From Cenarchaeum sp. (GTDB lineage: Archaea > Thermoproteota > Nitrososphaeria > Nitrososphaerales > Nitrosopumilaceae), in assembly GCA_963692915.1 (NCBI GenBank), contig OY843584.1:448001-512000 (forward strand): 64,000 bases of DNA. Direction: 5' to 3'. The position numbers and the translations under genes were made by a program. Below the pieces are notes generated by a model, which made no database searches, was not told where the DNA came from, and saw only the letters and a list, made by a program, of their open reading frames with translations. Positions 39,868 to 50,298 of this stretch are shown piece after piece (within the stretch, counting starts at the first letter, position 1; every line of letters starts with the position of its first letter).

Positions 39868-41273
39868 TGGCCAAGATCGGCCTCGAGATACACTGCCAGC
39901 TGACCACGCTGGAGAGCAAGCTCTTTTGCGGCTGCAGGGCAGACTATCGCAAGATGGCTCCAAACACGAACATCTGCGCGACGTGCATGGGCCTGCCCGG
40001 CACGCTGCCGCGCCTGAACGGTGAGGCCGTGAGGAGGGCCATGGCCATAGCCGTCTCGCTTGGCTGCAGCGTGCCCGGCACGCTGTCATTCTTTCGCAAG
40101 AACTACTTTTACCCAGACCTGCCAAAAAACTACCAGATAACGCAGCTTGACATCCATGGGCCGGCGAGTGTGGGTCACGGCGGCTCGGTGAGCGTCGGAT
40201 CGCGCACGGTCACGATAACCCGCGTGCAGCTAGAGGAGGATCCCGGCAGGATCGTCTACAGCGGAGCCTCAGAAAAGACACAGTCCACGCTAGTCGACTA
40301 TAACAGGGCTGGCACGCCGCTCGTCGAGATTGTGACAGGCCCTGACCTGCAGAGCGCACACGAGGTTCGCGCGTTTGTAAACCTGCTTCATGACATGCTT
40401 GAAAACCTTGGGGTGTCTGACGTCTCACTTGATGGCGCAATGCGTGCTGACGCAAACGTGTCAATAGAGGGAGGCAACAAGGTCGAGATAAAGAATGTCA
40501 GCTCGTTCCGTGACCTCGAGCGCGCCATCGAGTACGAGATAGCGCGCCAGACAGGAAATGTCGAGCACGGCCTTGAGACGCGGCAAGAAACGCGCCAATG
40601 GGACGAGCGAAGGCGCACAACGGTGGCCGCGCGTTCAAAGGAGGCAGACCAGGACTATCGGTATCTTGTAGAGCATGACATACCGTTCATAGATGTCAGT
40701 GGCGCAGTTGAGAAGGTTCGCTCGTCACTGCCCGAGAGCATTGCGTCCAGGAGGCGCAGGTATGCCGAGGAGTACGGAATGCAGGCGCAGGTGGCCGAGG
40801 TTCTCGCCTCGCAGCCGCACTTTGCGCGCCTGTTCGATGATGCGCGAACGCCAGAAAACTCGCGTGAGCTTGCAAACATTGTGACGACAGACCTCATGGG
40901 CCTCCTTGAGACGCGCGAAAAGCAGGCCGCCTCGAGGCTAACGCCTGCCGGTCTTGGCGCACTGGCCCTTGCCATATCGCGCAAGGAGATAACGCGAACC
41001 TCGGCAAAGACTGCACTCCAGTCCATGGTAAACACTGGCGCGACGCTAGAGGAGACGGTCAGATCCCTTGGCCTCGGTGCAGTCGATGATGCCGGCGAGA
41101 TTGAGCGTGCAGTCGGCGAGGTCATGGACTCCGAGCCCGGTGCCGTGGCCGATGCGCGCAAGTCGCCCAATGCCATCAACTATGTCATGGGCCTCGTCAT
41201 GAAGAGGTGCGGCGGCAGGGCGGATCCGGCCGCCGTCAGGGCGCTCATAGAGGCGCGCCTGCGCGACGCCTGA
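39864..41273 (+). CDS. gatB: Amidotransferase subunit B
   Basis: IGLEIHCQL, RKNYFYPDLPKNYQITQ, DYNRAGTPLVEIVT, DYRY. Confidence 0.96.
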   Translation: MMAKIGLEIHCQLTTLESKLFCGCRADYRKMAPNTNICATCMGLPGTLPRLNGEAVRRAMAIAVSLGCSVPGTLSFFRKNYFYPDLPKNYQITQLDIHGPASVGHGGSVSVGSRTVTITRVQLEEDPGRIVYSGASEKTQSTLVDYNRAGTPLVEIVTGPDLQSAHEVRAFVNLLHDMLENLGVSDVSLDGAMRADANVSIEGGNKVEIKNVSSFRDLERAIEYEIARQTGNVEHGLETRQETRQWDERRRTTVAARSKEADQDYRYLVEHDIPFIDVSGAVEKVRSSLPESIASRRRRYAEEYGMQAQVAEVLASQPHFARLFDDARTPENSRELANIVTTDLMGLLETREKQAASRLTPAGLGALALAISRKEITRTSAKTALQSMVNTGATLEETVRSLGLGAVDDAGEIERAVGEVMDSEPGAVADARKSPNAINYVMGLVMKRCGGRADPAAVRALIEARLRDA

Positions 41274-41341
41274 GCGCACACGAATGGCCATGCCGCGCCG
41301 CTTGATGTGGGTTAATTAAAGAGGGGCACGGCGAATGCGCA

Positions 41342-42631
41342 TTGAGCGCCGTGATGCCCGCAATCGCCGGAGCAGTATGCCTCGTGGCCGGACTCGCCAT
41401 CGGGTTCACGGCCGCCGGACTCTCGTTCGTCGAGTCGACGGCTCCTGCGGCCGGCATGGACGCCAATGACGATGGTCTTTCAGGCACAGTCGAGATCGGC
41501 TTTCTCCTTCCATTGACAGGCGGACAGTCCACGCACGGTGAGGAGAATGCGGCCGGCGCCATGCTTGCGATAGACGACCTCAACGACTACCTCTCCGAGG
41601 TGGGCGCGAACTGGCAGGCCCGTGGCGTCGTCGAGGACACTGCGACTAGCCCTGTTGTTGCTACTGAAAAGCTGACCACACTCAACGCCCGCGGGATAGA
41701 GATCGTCGTCGGCCCACAGACAAGCGGTGAGGTTCGTGCGGCAAAGGGATACGCCGACTCTAATGGAATGCTGCTCTTTAGCCACGCGTCGACTGCGCCG
41801 TCACTTGCAATCCCAAACGACAGCGTGTACCGCATGATCGTTGATGACACAAAGCAGGGACCGGCGATCGCCGCCATGGCGGTGCGCTCCGGAGCAGACG
41901 TCCTGATACCGGTCTGGCGCGGTGACACGTGGGGTGATGGACTAGTAGAGTCCGCGTCTGCCTCGTTTGTGTCGCGAGGCGGCACAGTCGATGAGGGCAT
42001 ACGCTACAATCCAGAATCAGTAGAGTTCTCGGCCACGGTGTCGGTTCTCGCCGAAAGGGTTGCGGCCCATGTGGAGAGCTCTGGCGCCGATAACGTGATC
42101 GTCCTCCTAGTGGCGTTTGCCGAGGCTCTCCCAATAATGCAGACTGCGGCAATTCATGACATGCTTGATGACGTGCGCTGGATTGGCAGTGACGGAAGCG
42201 CACTGGAGCACAAGATCACGACAGACCCCGTGGCCTCGGCGTTCTCTGACTCTGTCGAGTTCACGACTGTCCAGATATCGGCATCGCACAACGAGATATA
42301 CGAGAGTGTGCGCACGCGACTTGCCGAGCAGTTTGCCGGACGCGACGTGAACGGGTATGCGTACACGATATATGACGCGACATGGGTCATGGGCCTCTCG
42401 ATGCTCCATGCCGGCTCGTCTGATGCGCAGCTCGTCGAGCACGCCATCCCGACTGTCGCCGCAAACCACTTTGGCGCCATAGGCAACACACGGCTCAATG
42501 ACGCCGGTGACCTGGCCGGCGCCAACTATGACCTCTGGGCCACCGTTGGGGGCGAGTGGGTGAACACTGGAATGTACATGCTGTCAACGGACACCATCAT
42601 GCCTGTCGCTGGCATGGCGGGGGGAGCATGA
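41342..42631 (+). CDS. Branched-chain amino-acid ABC transporter substrate-binding protein 1 (LivJ/K-like)
   Basis: N-terminal anchor, IGFLLPLTG, STAPSL, type 1 periplasmic binding fold, YDA. Confidence 0.88.
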   Translation: MSAVMPAIAGAVCLVAGLAIGFTAAGLSFVESTAPAAGMDANDDGLSGTVEIGFLLPLTGGQSTHGEENAAGAMLAIDDLNDYLSEVGANWQARGVVEDTATSPVVATEKLTTLNARGIEIVVGPQTSGEVRAAKGYADSNGMLLFSHASTAPSLAIPNDSVYRMIVDDTKQGPAIAAMAVRSGADVLIPVWRGDTWGDGLVESASASFVSRGGTVDEGIRYNPESVEFSATVSVLAERVAAHVESSGADNVIVLLVAFAEALPIMQTAAIHDMLDDVRWIGSDGSALEHKITTDPVASAFSDSVEFTTVQISASHNEIYESVRTRLAEQFAGRDVNGYAYTIYDATWVMGLSMLHAGSSDAQLVEHAIPTVAANHFGAIGNTRLNDAGDLAGANYDLWATVGGEWVNTGMYMLSTDTIMPVAGMAGGA

Positions 42632-43896
42632 TGGCAGCAGGGGGCAAGACGGCAGCAGTGGGCATAGTGGCCCTCATCGCCGGCATCACGATCGGCTTTT
42701 TTGCCACCGGCGGCAACACGATCGCCGACACGCCTGCTGCGCTCCCGCCCGGAGAGATGGGCATGGGGACTCAGGACACATACACGCTGGGCCACATTGC
42801 TCCACTGACAGGCGATCTCTCCCAGTATGGACAGGACGGCATTGCCGCAGCGCGCCTGGCCGAGGCTGACTTTAACGAGTATCTCGAAAAGGTGGGCGCG
42901 ACATGGCGGCTTGCGCTAGCGCACGAGGACAGCCAGACAAACCCCGTGCTCGCACTAGAAAAGATCACTGCGCTCAAGGCCAGGGGCATTGACACGGCGA
43001 TCATATACTCAAGCGCGGCGGTCAACTCGGTAAAGGGATATGTCGACGCAAACGGCATGGTCGTCATTAGCGCAACGTCGACTGCACCGCAGCTTGCGGT
43101 GTCCGGCGATGGCGTCTTTCGCCTTGTTCCAGATGACACAAGGCAGGGGCCGGCGCTCGCAGAGCTTGTGAGTGACTCGGGAGTCGAGATCATGGTGCCG
43201 ATCTGGCGTGGCGACACGTGGGGAGACGGCCTGCACAGGACAGCAGTGGACGCATTTGTGGCCATGGGAGGAACCGCCGATGAGGGAATTCGCTACAACC
43301 CCGAGTCACCCGCGCTCTCCGTGTCAGCATCTGTTCTTGCCGAGAGGGTCGGCGCAATGGTCGACGAGCACGGCGCGGATCGCGTTGGCGTTCTCACGAT
43401 AGGGTTTGCCGAGACGTTAGAGCTCATGCAGGAGGCCTCTGTCCATGACATACTCGATGATGTCTTGTGGTTTTGCACGGACGGCATAACCAACAACCTG
43501 GCACTCGTTAGTGACCCGATAGGACTGGCGTTCGTCGAGTCCACGCGCCTGCACGGCACGCAGCCTGCCGCAGCTGACACGCCACAGCGTACCGATGTTG
43601 AGGCACGACTTGTGGCCGAGCTTGGCCGCGTGCCAAACACGTACTCTTTTGGCGTGTATGACGCAGTCTGGCTCTTTGGCAAGTCTGTGCTAGAGTCAGG
43701 CAGCACTGACGCCGAGGACATTCGCGCTGCGCTCCCGCTTGTTGCCGGTGCTCACAGTGGGGCCATCGGGCACACTGCGCTCAATGACGCCGGCGATCTC
43801 GACTCGGGAGACTTTGCCATATGGGGAGTCATTGATGGCGAGTGGGAGGTCGTGGGGACATACCTGTCACAGGCCGGCACGATAGCGCCCGCCTAG
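42628..43896 (+). CDS. Branched-chain amino-acid ABC transporter substrate-binding protein 2 (tandem paralogue)
   Basis: Shares WRGDTWGDGL, DEGIRYNPES and LNDAGDL with protein 1. Confidence 0.88.
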   Translation: MMAAGGKTAAVGIVALIAGITIGFFATGGNTIADTPAALPPGEMGMGTQDTYTLGHIAPLTGDLSQYGQDGIAAARLAEADFNEYLEKVGATWRLALAHEDSQTNPVLALEKITALKARGIDTAIIYSSAAVNSVKGYVDANGMVVISATSTAPQLAVSGDGVFRLVPDDTRQGPALAELVSDSGVEIMVPIWRGDTWGDGLHRTAVDAFVAMGGTADEGIRYNPESPALSVSASVLAERVGAMVDEHGADRVGVLTIGFAETLELMQEASVHDILDDVLWFCTDGITNNLALVSDPIGLAFVESTRLHGTQPAAADTPQRTDVEARLVAELGRVPNTYSFGVYDAVWLFGKSVLESGSTDAEDIRAALPLVAGAHSGAIGHTALNDAGDLDSGDFAIWGVIDGEWEVVGTYLSQAGTIAPA

Positions 43897-44618
43897 CCGA
43901 TTCCAAGGTATAGCTTGCTCAGGTCGTCCCTGGCGAGGAGCTCGTCCGGGCTGCCGGCAAAGACTGCACCACCGTTTGCAAGAACGGTCACCGCATCGCC
44001 AACCTCAAGGGCGCGCCTGACGTTCTGCTCCACGAGGACGATCGTGATGCCAAACTCCTCGCGCATCTTGCTGATCTCGTCGAGAACCTCGCCGGCAAGC
44101 TTGGGTGAGAGGTTTGCGGTGGGTTCGTCAAAGAGCATGACGTCAGGCTTTCTGACAAGTGCCATGCCCATGGCGAGCATCTGGCGCTCGCCGCCGCTGA
44201 GGGCCTCTGCGCGCTCGTCAGCATGCCTGACTAGCGCAGGAAATGTCTCCATGACGCCACCGGCGCGCGAGCGCGCCTCCTCGTCGCCTAGCGTGTATCC
44301 GGCCATGACGAGGTTTTCGCGCACGCTGAGGTTGGTGAACACGTTCTTTACCTGCGGGAGGTACGCAATGCCCTCGCGCGCAATATTGTGGGGCGCCATG
44401 CCGGTTATGTCACGCTCTGCGTATGACACGCTGCCCGAGTGGATCGAGCACAGGCCAAACATGCTCTTTAGGAGAGTCGACTTTCCACTGCCGTTGGGTC
44501 CGACAATCACGGTGATCTCGTTCTTTTTCGCATCAAAGTTCACGTCAGATATGACCGTGCTGCTGCCATATCCGGCCACAAGGCTGCGCGTTCTGATGAG
44601 CGGGGTCTCAGCGGCCAA
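43893..44618 (-). CDS. livF: LIV-type ABC transporter ATP-binding protein
   Basis: GPNGSGKST, LSGGERQMLAMG, DEPTANLSP, LVEQN; TTG start inferred. Confidence 0.9.
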   Translation of the reverse strand: MAAETPLIRTRSLVAGYGSSTVISDVNFDAKKNEITVIVGPNGSGKSTLLKSMFGLCSIHSGSVSYAERDITGMAPHNIAREGIAYLPQVKNVFTNLSVRENLVMAGYTLGDEEARSRAGGVMETFPALVRHADERAEALSGGERQMLAMGMALVRKPDVMLFDEPTANLSPKLAGEVLDEISKMREEFGITIVLVEQNVRRALEVGDAVTVLANGGAVFAGSPDELLARDDLSKLYLGIG

Positions 44619-45363
44619 GGTATGACTCTGCAACTCGCTCGTCATTGACGATCTCGTCTGCGCTCCCACTTGCTATTATGCGACCGTGATCCATGGCAAA
44701 GACGTGGTCTGCGTACTTTAGCGATATGTCAAGGCGATGCTCTATGATGAGAAACGTGATTCCAGACTCTGAGGCCATGTCCTGTATGCCCTTGAATATG
44801 TCGTGGGCAAGCGTGGGGTTTACGCCCGCTATGGGCTCGTCCATGAGCAAGACGCGAGCATTGCCGACCTTTGCCTTTGCGAGCTCGAGTAGCTTGCGCT
44901 GTCCACCGCTAAGGCTGTCACTCCTTGTCACGAGCTTTTCCTGCAGGCCTGATGATGAAAGTGCGCCTATGGCCATGCCCATCGCGCGCTCCTCGTCTTC
45001 CTTCCACACGTGGTGCAGCGGCGCGTTGCGGTACGACTCGCCTGCATTGTCGCCTGTGGCAACGAGGACGTTCTCAAGCGCAGTCAGCATCGAGAATGAC
45101 TGGGGTATCTGGAATGTTCGCACGAGGCCAAGGCGATGCGTCTGGAGCATTGGGCTGTTTGTGATGTCCTCGCCGCCAAGCTTTACGCTTCCGGCATCGG
45201 CGCGAAGCGCACCAGAGATGACGTTTATGAGCGTCGTCTTGCCGCTGCCGTTGGGTCCGATAAGCTGGTGAATCTTGCCCTCCTCGAGGTCCATGTCCAC
45301 GCCGTCAAGGACGACTAGGCCGCCGAAGAGCTTGCGCACGCCCCTGACCTGCAGTATTGCCAT
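44608..45363 (-). CDS. livG: LIV-type ABC transporter ATP-binding protein
   Basis: FGGL, IGPNGSGKTT, RTFQ, LSGGQRKLLE, DEPIAGVNP, IEH, ESYLG. Confidence 0.92.
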   Translation of the reverse strand: MAILQVRGVRKLFGGLVVLDGVDMDLEEGKIHQLIGPNGSGKTTLINVISGALRADAGSVKLGGEDITNSPMLQTHRLGLVRTFQIPQSFSMLTALENVLVATGDNAGESYRNAPLHHVWKEDEERAMGMAIGALSSSGLQEKLVTRSDSLSGGQRKLLELAKAKVGNARVLLMDEPIAGVNPTLAHDIFKGIQDMASESGITFLIIEHRLDISLKYADHVFAMDHGRIIASGSADEIVNDERVAESYLGR

Positions 45364-45630
45364 TGCAGCACGCTCCCCGACTGGGCAGAATTAAGGGTTT
45401 TGAGGCGCCTGCCCAACTGGCAGCTCGTGCCCACTGCCCGCCTTCGCACCGTGGAAGCATTGCCGCGACACGAGATCGGCAGACGCCCACGGCACTCTTA
45501 AATCCGCGCGTCCGGGCACATCGCGCATGACGCGAGGTGCAAGAGCCCATGCGCAGCCGTGCGCTGAACCCATGTCCTGGCTAGCCGGCCGGCCGCGCCG
45601 CGCACATCCGTTGGGGCGGAAACGGGCACC

Positions 45631-46644
45631 ATGATCAGGCCAAGGCTCTGGCACGTGCCGGTGATCGGCGCTGTCGTGGCAGCAGCGGCAATCCTTCTCG
45701 TCTCGCCGGATCTGTCGCCAGACCCGATACTCTCTGCGGCCATCATATACTCTAGCCTTCTTGTGCTCCTTGCGCTGGGACTCACGATGACATACATGAC
45801 AACACGCGTGCCAAACTTTGCGCACGCGGCGGCTGCGACGATCGGCGTGTATGCGGCACTAGTGGTGTCGCGCGTGTGGGAGCTCTCGCCATACCTGTCA
45901 ATACCCATTGCCTTTGGAATCGCGGGAGCCTCGTCGATTGCGCTATACACGTTCATACTAAAGCCGCTCATACGCAAGAACGCCTCGCAGGCAATACAGA
46001 TGATATCGACCCTGGCATTTGACCTTGTGCTCATTGCGGCCCTGAACATAACGGCAGACTATATTGTGCGCACGTACCATGTCACGGCTCGAGAGTTTAC
46101 GCTTCGCAGCTATGATGCGCAGGTTGGCGATCTTCCGGCGGTTCTCTTTGTGGCACCAGTCGTCATTGCCGGAATCGTGATTGCGCTGCACATTATGCTA
46201 AAGCACACGCGCTTTGGAATTGCAATGCGCGCAACGATTGAAAACCCCGACCTGTCTAGCGTTGTAGGCATTAATGTTAGAAACGTGTATGCCGTGTCGT
46301 GGTTTATTGGTGGTGGTCTAGCAGGCGTGGCCGGAGCGCTAATGTCATTGTGGTTTCAGGGAGACCCCGGACTCGGCGCACTCTTGATACCGAGCATATT
46401 TGCGGCTAGCATAGTCGGGGGATTTATGAGCATATATGGCGCGATCGCAGGCGGGATTCTCGTTGGGCTCACGGAGATACTTGGCACACGCTGGCTTGCC
46501 GGCGAGCTGGGCCCGTGGGTCATTGCGTACAGGCCGCTAGTCCCGCTCATATTCATCGTAATCACGCTGATGATCGTGCCACGCGGTCTGGCAAGCGTCG
46601 ACTGGCGCGCACTGGGGAGGAGGTTGCATGTCATTAGGGCCTGA
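45631..46644 (+). CDS. livH: LIV-type ABC transporter permease
   Basis: ALGLTM..NFAH, TRFGIAMRA, ASIVGG. Confidence 0.9.
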   Translation: MIRPRLWHVPVIGAVVAAAAILLVSPDLSPDPILSAAIIYSSLLVLLALGLTMTYMTTRVPNFAHAAAATIGVYAALVVSRVWELSPYLSIPIAFGIAGASSIALYTFILKPLIRKNASQAIQMISTLAFDLVLIAALNITADYIVRTYHVTAREFTLRSYDAQVGDLPAVLFVAPVVIAGIVIALHIMLKHTRFGIAMRATIENPDLSSVVGINVRNVYAVSWFIGGGLAGVAGALMSLWFQGDPGLGALLIPSIFAASIVGGFMSIYGAIAGGILVGLTEILGTRWLAGELGPWVIAYRPLVPLIFIVITLMIVPRGLASVDWRALGRRLHVIRA

Positions 46645-47710
46645 GGTGACGTTCTTTGTCGACCTCCTTGCGATATACTCGATATACCTGATAATCAACA
46701 CGAGCCTAAACCTCGAGTTTGGGTACGCGGGCATTCCAAACTTTGGAAAGGTTCTCGCAGTGGGCGCCGGCGCGTTTGTCGCAGCGGCCATACCGGGGCG
46801 CATACTGGCAAACATGGCAGGCATCGAGGGCGACTATATCACCGAGAACATATACATAATGTCGCAGGTTAACACATGGCTCGTTGACAATACGGGAATC
46901 GGGTTTGTTGTGTTCTTTGTCACGCTGGCGATCGCCGGAGTCGTGGGTGCGGTCCTTGGACTCCTCACGGCATATCCGGCCATACGACTGCGCGGGGACT
47001 ATCTCGCGATAACGCTTCTTGCGTTTGGCGAGGGAATGCGCGTAATCGGGATCAACTATACGGAGATCGCCGGAGGCACCCTCGGCGTGCAGCTTCCGGA
47101 TCCGCTAGTGTGGCTGCCGCAGGACCTGAGGTTTCCAATAGCCACTGTCGGCCTCGTCGCGATGGCCGCCGTGGCCATGATCTACAGCGACAGGCTCGTG
47201 CGCTCCCCGCTAGGGCGCCTCCTGCGCGCCGTGCGAGACAACGAGGTCGCCGCCGAGTCTGTCGGCAAGGACGTCATGCGAGCACGCGTAAAGACGATAA
47301 TGATAGCAGCCGCGATGGCCGGAGTCGCCGGCGCAATGTACGCGTTTTATGTCGGCGGCGCGATATCGTTTGCGTATGACCGCCTCAACTGGACGTTCTG
47401 GCCGTTCATGATGATACTCATCGGCGGACTTGCCAATAGCCGCGGGGTCCTACTCGGCACGCTTCTCTTTGTGCTTGTGCGCAAGTTGATCACGTTCTAC
47501 AAGGACTCGCTGCAGGGCTTTGTCCCGTTTGACGTTGTCTGGCTTGACTATCTCCTTCTTGGGGCAGTTCTCCTGGCCGTTCTGCTGTACAGGCCACAGG
47601 GTCTGCTCTCAGAAAAGGCGACTCCGACAATTCGCGTGCCCGGCCTGCCGCGCGATGAGTCTATTCTCTCGCGCCTTGGCGGCATTGCGCGCCGGCTTGC
47701 TGGCGCCTAG
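46628..47710 (+). CDS. livM: LIV-type ABC transporter permease
   Basis: LNLEFGYAG, RLRGDYLAITLLAFGE, LRAVRDNE, RPQGL. Confidence 0.9.
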   Translation: MSLGPEVTFFVDLLAIYSIYLIINTSLNLEFGYAGIPNFGKVLAVGAGAFVAAAIPGRILANMAGIEGDYITENIYIMSQVNTWLVDNTGIGFVVFFVTLAIAGVVGAVLGLLTAYPAIRLRGDYLAITLLAFGEGMRVIGINYTEIAGGTLGVQLPDPLVWLPQDLRFPIATVGLVAMAAVAMIYSDRLVRSPLGRLLRAVRDNEVAAESVGKDVMRARVKTIMIAAAMAGVAGAMYAFYVGGAISFAYDRLNWTFWPFMMILIGGLANSRGVLLGTLLFVLVRKLITFYKDSLQGFVPFDVVWLDYLLLGAVLLAVLLYRPQGLLSEKATPTIRVPGLPRDESILSRLGGIARRLAGA

Positions 47711-48939
47711 CGCGACTTTTTCACGCGTGATATCTCGGCGGCCACTAGTGGAAGGAATGCGCCAACGTCAGTTACAACGCCTAGGGCCTGCCACGTGCCG
47801 CGATCCATGAGCTTTGTGACTGTCGGCTGGCTGATGTCCACCACGACGACCTTTACGTCTGCTGGAAGCATGTTTCCAGTCGCTATCGAGTGGAGCATCG
47901 TTGAGATCATCATGACCATGTCGGCGTCCTTTAGGGCCTTGCGGTATTCGCGCTGAGCCTCGACCATGTCGGTGATAACGCCCGGCAACGGTCCGTCATC
48001 ACGTATTGACGAGGCGAGAACCAGGGGCACGCGTCCCTTTATGCACTCGTACACTATGCCGCGCCGGAGCTTGCGTGTGGAGACCATTCTCGAGAACGAG
48101 CCGGCCTTGAACACTGCGTTTATCGCGTCCATGTGGTTGCGGTGGCCGCGTACGGCAAGTGTCCCGTCGCGCACGTTCATTCCAAGGGACGTGCCCATTG
48201 TCGCGTACTCTATGTCGTGGACTGCCAATGCGTTTCCGGCCAGGACAGCGTCAATGAGCCCTGCACGTATCATGCCGGCCACGGCGTCAGCTGCGCCCGT
48301 GTGCACTATTGCCGGACCGCCCACGAGGACTATGCGTCCACCACGAGCCTTTGTGCGAACAATGTCCTCGGCGACGCGTCTTGCTATGTGCTGTGTCGGC
48401 CTCTCACTTGAGCTGCTGCTTCCCATGAACTCAAAGACGTTGACGCCCTCGCGTGGCCTCTGCGGCGGCGTGACGCGAACTCCGGACTCTCCTGTGACGA
48501 TCTTGTCGCCGCGCTTGACGTGGCGTATGGGCATGCAAGAGGCGCGCCGCCCCTTGATGACGATGCACTTGTCCATCATCATGTTGTCTACCTCGATCCA
48601 CTTTCCGGTGACGCGCACGTGCGTGCGGTTGTTCGTCGTGCTGTAAAAGTTAGCCGGCATCACCATGTTTCGCTGTGCGACGCGCAGCACTGCGTTTTCA
48701 GGCTCCCTTGAGGTTGCCCCGTGGCGATACACGTGCTCTAGTATGCTCTCAAGACCCCCTGCCGTGTCTGCGCGCACGAGAAGACGAGCGTTGCTCTTGT
48801 CTTTTTTGCGCTTTCCGATCTCCATACTTAGAACTTCAAACTCGCCACCCATGTCCATGATGGAGTCAAAGACCCTCGATAGCGTCATAGAGTCGACAAT
48901 GTGCCCCTTTACCTCAATCTCGTGCTCGTGCCGCGCCAT
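47707..48939 (-). CDS. TIGR00300 family protein (LOR/SDH-associated, ArgZ C-terminal-like; putative ornithine cyclodeaminase)
   Basis: GHIVDS, FYSTTN, FEFMGSSSSSERP, GPAIVHTG, GNALAVHDIE, SIRDDGPLP, KLMDRG. Confidence 0.88.
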   Translation of the reverse strand: MARHEHEIEVKGHIVDSMTLSRVFDSIMDMGGEFEVLSMEIGKRKKDKSNARLLVRADTAGGLESILEHVYRHGATSREPENAVLRVAQRNMVMPANFYSTTNNRTHVRVTGKWIEVDNMMMDKCIVIKGRRASCMPIRHVKRGDKIVTGESGVRVTPPQRPREGVNVFEFMGSSSSSERPTQHIARRVAEDIVRTKARGGRIVLVGGPAIVHTGAADAVAGMIRAGLIDAVLAGNALAVHDIEYATMGTSLGMNVRDGTLAVRGHRNHMDAINAVFKAGSFSRMVSTRKLRRGIVYECIKGRVPLVLASSIRDDGPLPGVITDMVEAQREYRKALKDADMVMMISTMLHSIATGNMLPADVKVVVVDISQPTVTKLMDRGTWQALGVVTDVGAFLPLVAAEISRVKKSR

Positions 48940-49037
48940 CGCGCAGCACAATTGCGTGCGATAACTAAAACCTTGCCTTGCGAGAGGCGTGGGGGGCTGC
49001 CGCATGGCGGTTCAGTCCGAGCATGGCGCGTGCAGGC

Positions 49038-49406
49038 CTAGACTGGTAGGGTTACCTCTCCCCTGAACTCGCGCAGGCCGTCAATGTCCATGTCTTCGAG
49101 GAGGCGCTTTTTTTGCTCCTCGGTGACGTTTTGCACAATGGCCTTTGCCATGCCCTCCGAGTCAACTAGGGCAAGAAGATACCCGCCTCCGTCAGCGAGG
49201 ACAAACCCCGGCGCGTCTGACACAAAGGCGTACATCGTCTCCTCGCCAACAGGCTCCCATGACGCGCTGTTAGTCGTGTTGCGAAGCGCGAGTGCCGGAA
49301 GCGCGCCATCACCGGCGATCGCGCCGAGATAGTCGCGTGCCTTGGCCACTCTCTTCTGTCCCACCTTTAGGGCTGTAAAATAGCGCATTCTAGCGTGCTC
49401 ACGCAT
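49038..49406 (-). CDS. Hypothetical protein
   Basis: Compact ORF with protein-like composition, co-oriented with its neighbours. Confidence 0.7.
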   Translation of the reverse strand: MREHARMRYFTALKVGQKRVAKARDYLGAIAGDGALPALALRNTTNSASWEPVGEETMYAFVSDAPGFVLADGGGYLLALVDSEGMAKAIVQNVTEEQKKRLLEDMDIDGLREFRGEVTLPV

Positions 49407-49443
49407 CGCCGCTGATATAATTGTGTGGGGGGGATCTATGCAC

Positions 49444-49761
49444 TCACTTGTTGCCGCGAGGCGCCCCGACCATGTCCCCTTCGGAGACGTCCTGATCCCA
49501 TGTCCCCCTTGCGCCCTTGACTAGGGAAAATCCAGACGCGCACACTAGCGCAATCGGCAGCGCGATGGCCCATGTGCTCTCTGCGAGAACCTCGTCGCAG
49601 TCACGCGCGGCACTGCCCGAGTCGCCAAAGTTGCGGCATTTCTCGAATGCCTCGGCCTGCGTGACCGCATCGACATACACAGACCCAAATGCCCCAAAGG
49701 TGACCAGTGCGGCAAACGCAAGCGCGACGCCGGCAACAACAAATCTCATGTCGCTCATCAC
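49444..49761 (-). CDS. Two-TM membrane protein with a Cys pair in the loop
   Basis: Two hydrophobic helices flanking EKCRN...RDCDE. Confidence 0.7.
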   Translation of the reverse strand: MMSDMRFVVAGVALAFAALVTFGAFGSVYVDAVTQAEAFEKCRNFGDSGSAARDCDEVLAESTWAIALPIALVCASGFSLVKGARGTWDQDVSEGDMVGAPRGNK

Positions 49762-50231
49762 GCTGCGCCCTCGATACGCCTCTTTAGGCTCCCAAGTGAT
49801 GTCGTGTAGAGCGTGCCAAGCGACGTGGCGACACGGCCAAACTCGCCGCTAGTGGCCTCTGCACCAAAATAGGATCTCCACGTGACGCGCGCGGCTCCGC
49901 GCCCTGCTGGCACTATTCCAATTGTCGCGTGATACGAGTCTAGCGGAAGCCCGTCTAGCATGATATACGATATGTACTTGCCCTCGACCCATCCGACGAT
50001 CCTCTCGCTTACGACTGTCCCGTCATCAAACATTATTGTCCGCCCTGCGCCTATCCCGTTGCGGACCGAAGAGTGCGCCTTGACTCCCTTTACCCCGCTG
50101 ACCCACCGGCCCAGCTCCATCACCTTGCTGACACTTGCCCATACCGCCCGCGACTCGGCCCTGATGAGCACGCTGCGGCTAACGGTGCCGCTCCGGTGAG
50201 CCTTTGCCGAGCCTTTGGCCATATGCCGCAT
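49758..50231 (-). CDS. SRPBCC/START (polyketide cyclase-like) protein
   Basis: VW, GIGAGRTIMF, ERIVGW..G..ISY, C-terminal SLGSLKRRIE. Confidence 0.85.
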   Translation of the reverse strand: MRHMAKGSAKAHRSGTVSRSVLIRAESRAVWASVSKVMELGRWVSGVKGVKAHSSVRNGIGAGRTIMFDDGTVVSERIVGWVEGKYISYIMLDGLPLDSYHATIGIVPAGRGAARVTWRSYFGAEATSGEFGRVATSLGTLYTTSLGSLKRRIEGAA

Positions 50232-50298
50232 GTGCAGGCGCGCCTCGTATTAAATCTTGAAAAAACGCATAAAACTCCCCACTGCACGAGGGGCGTCA

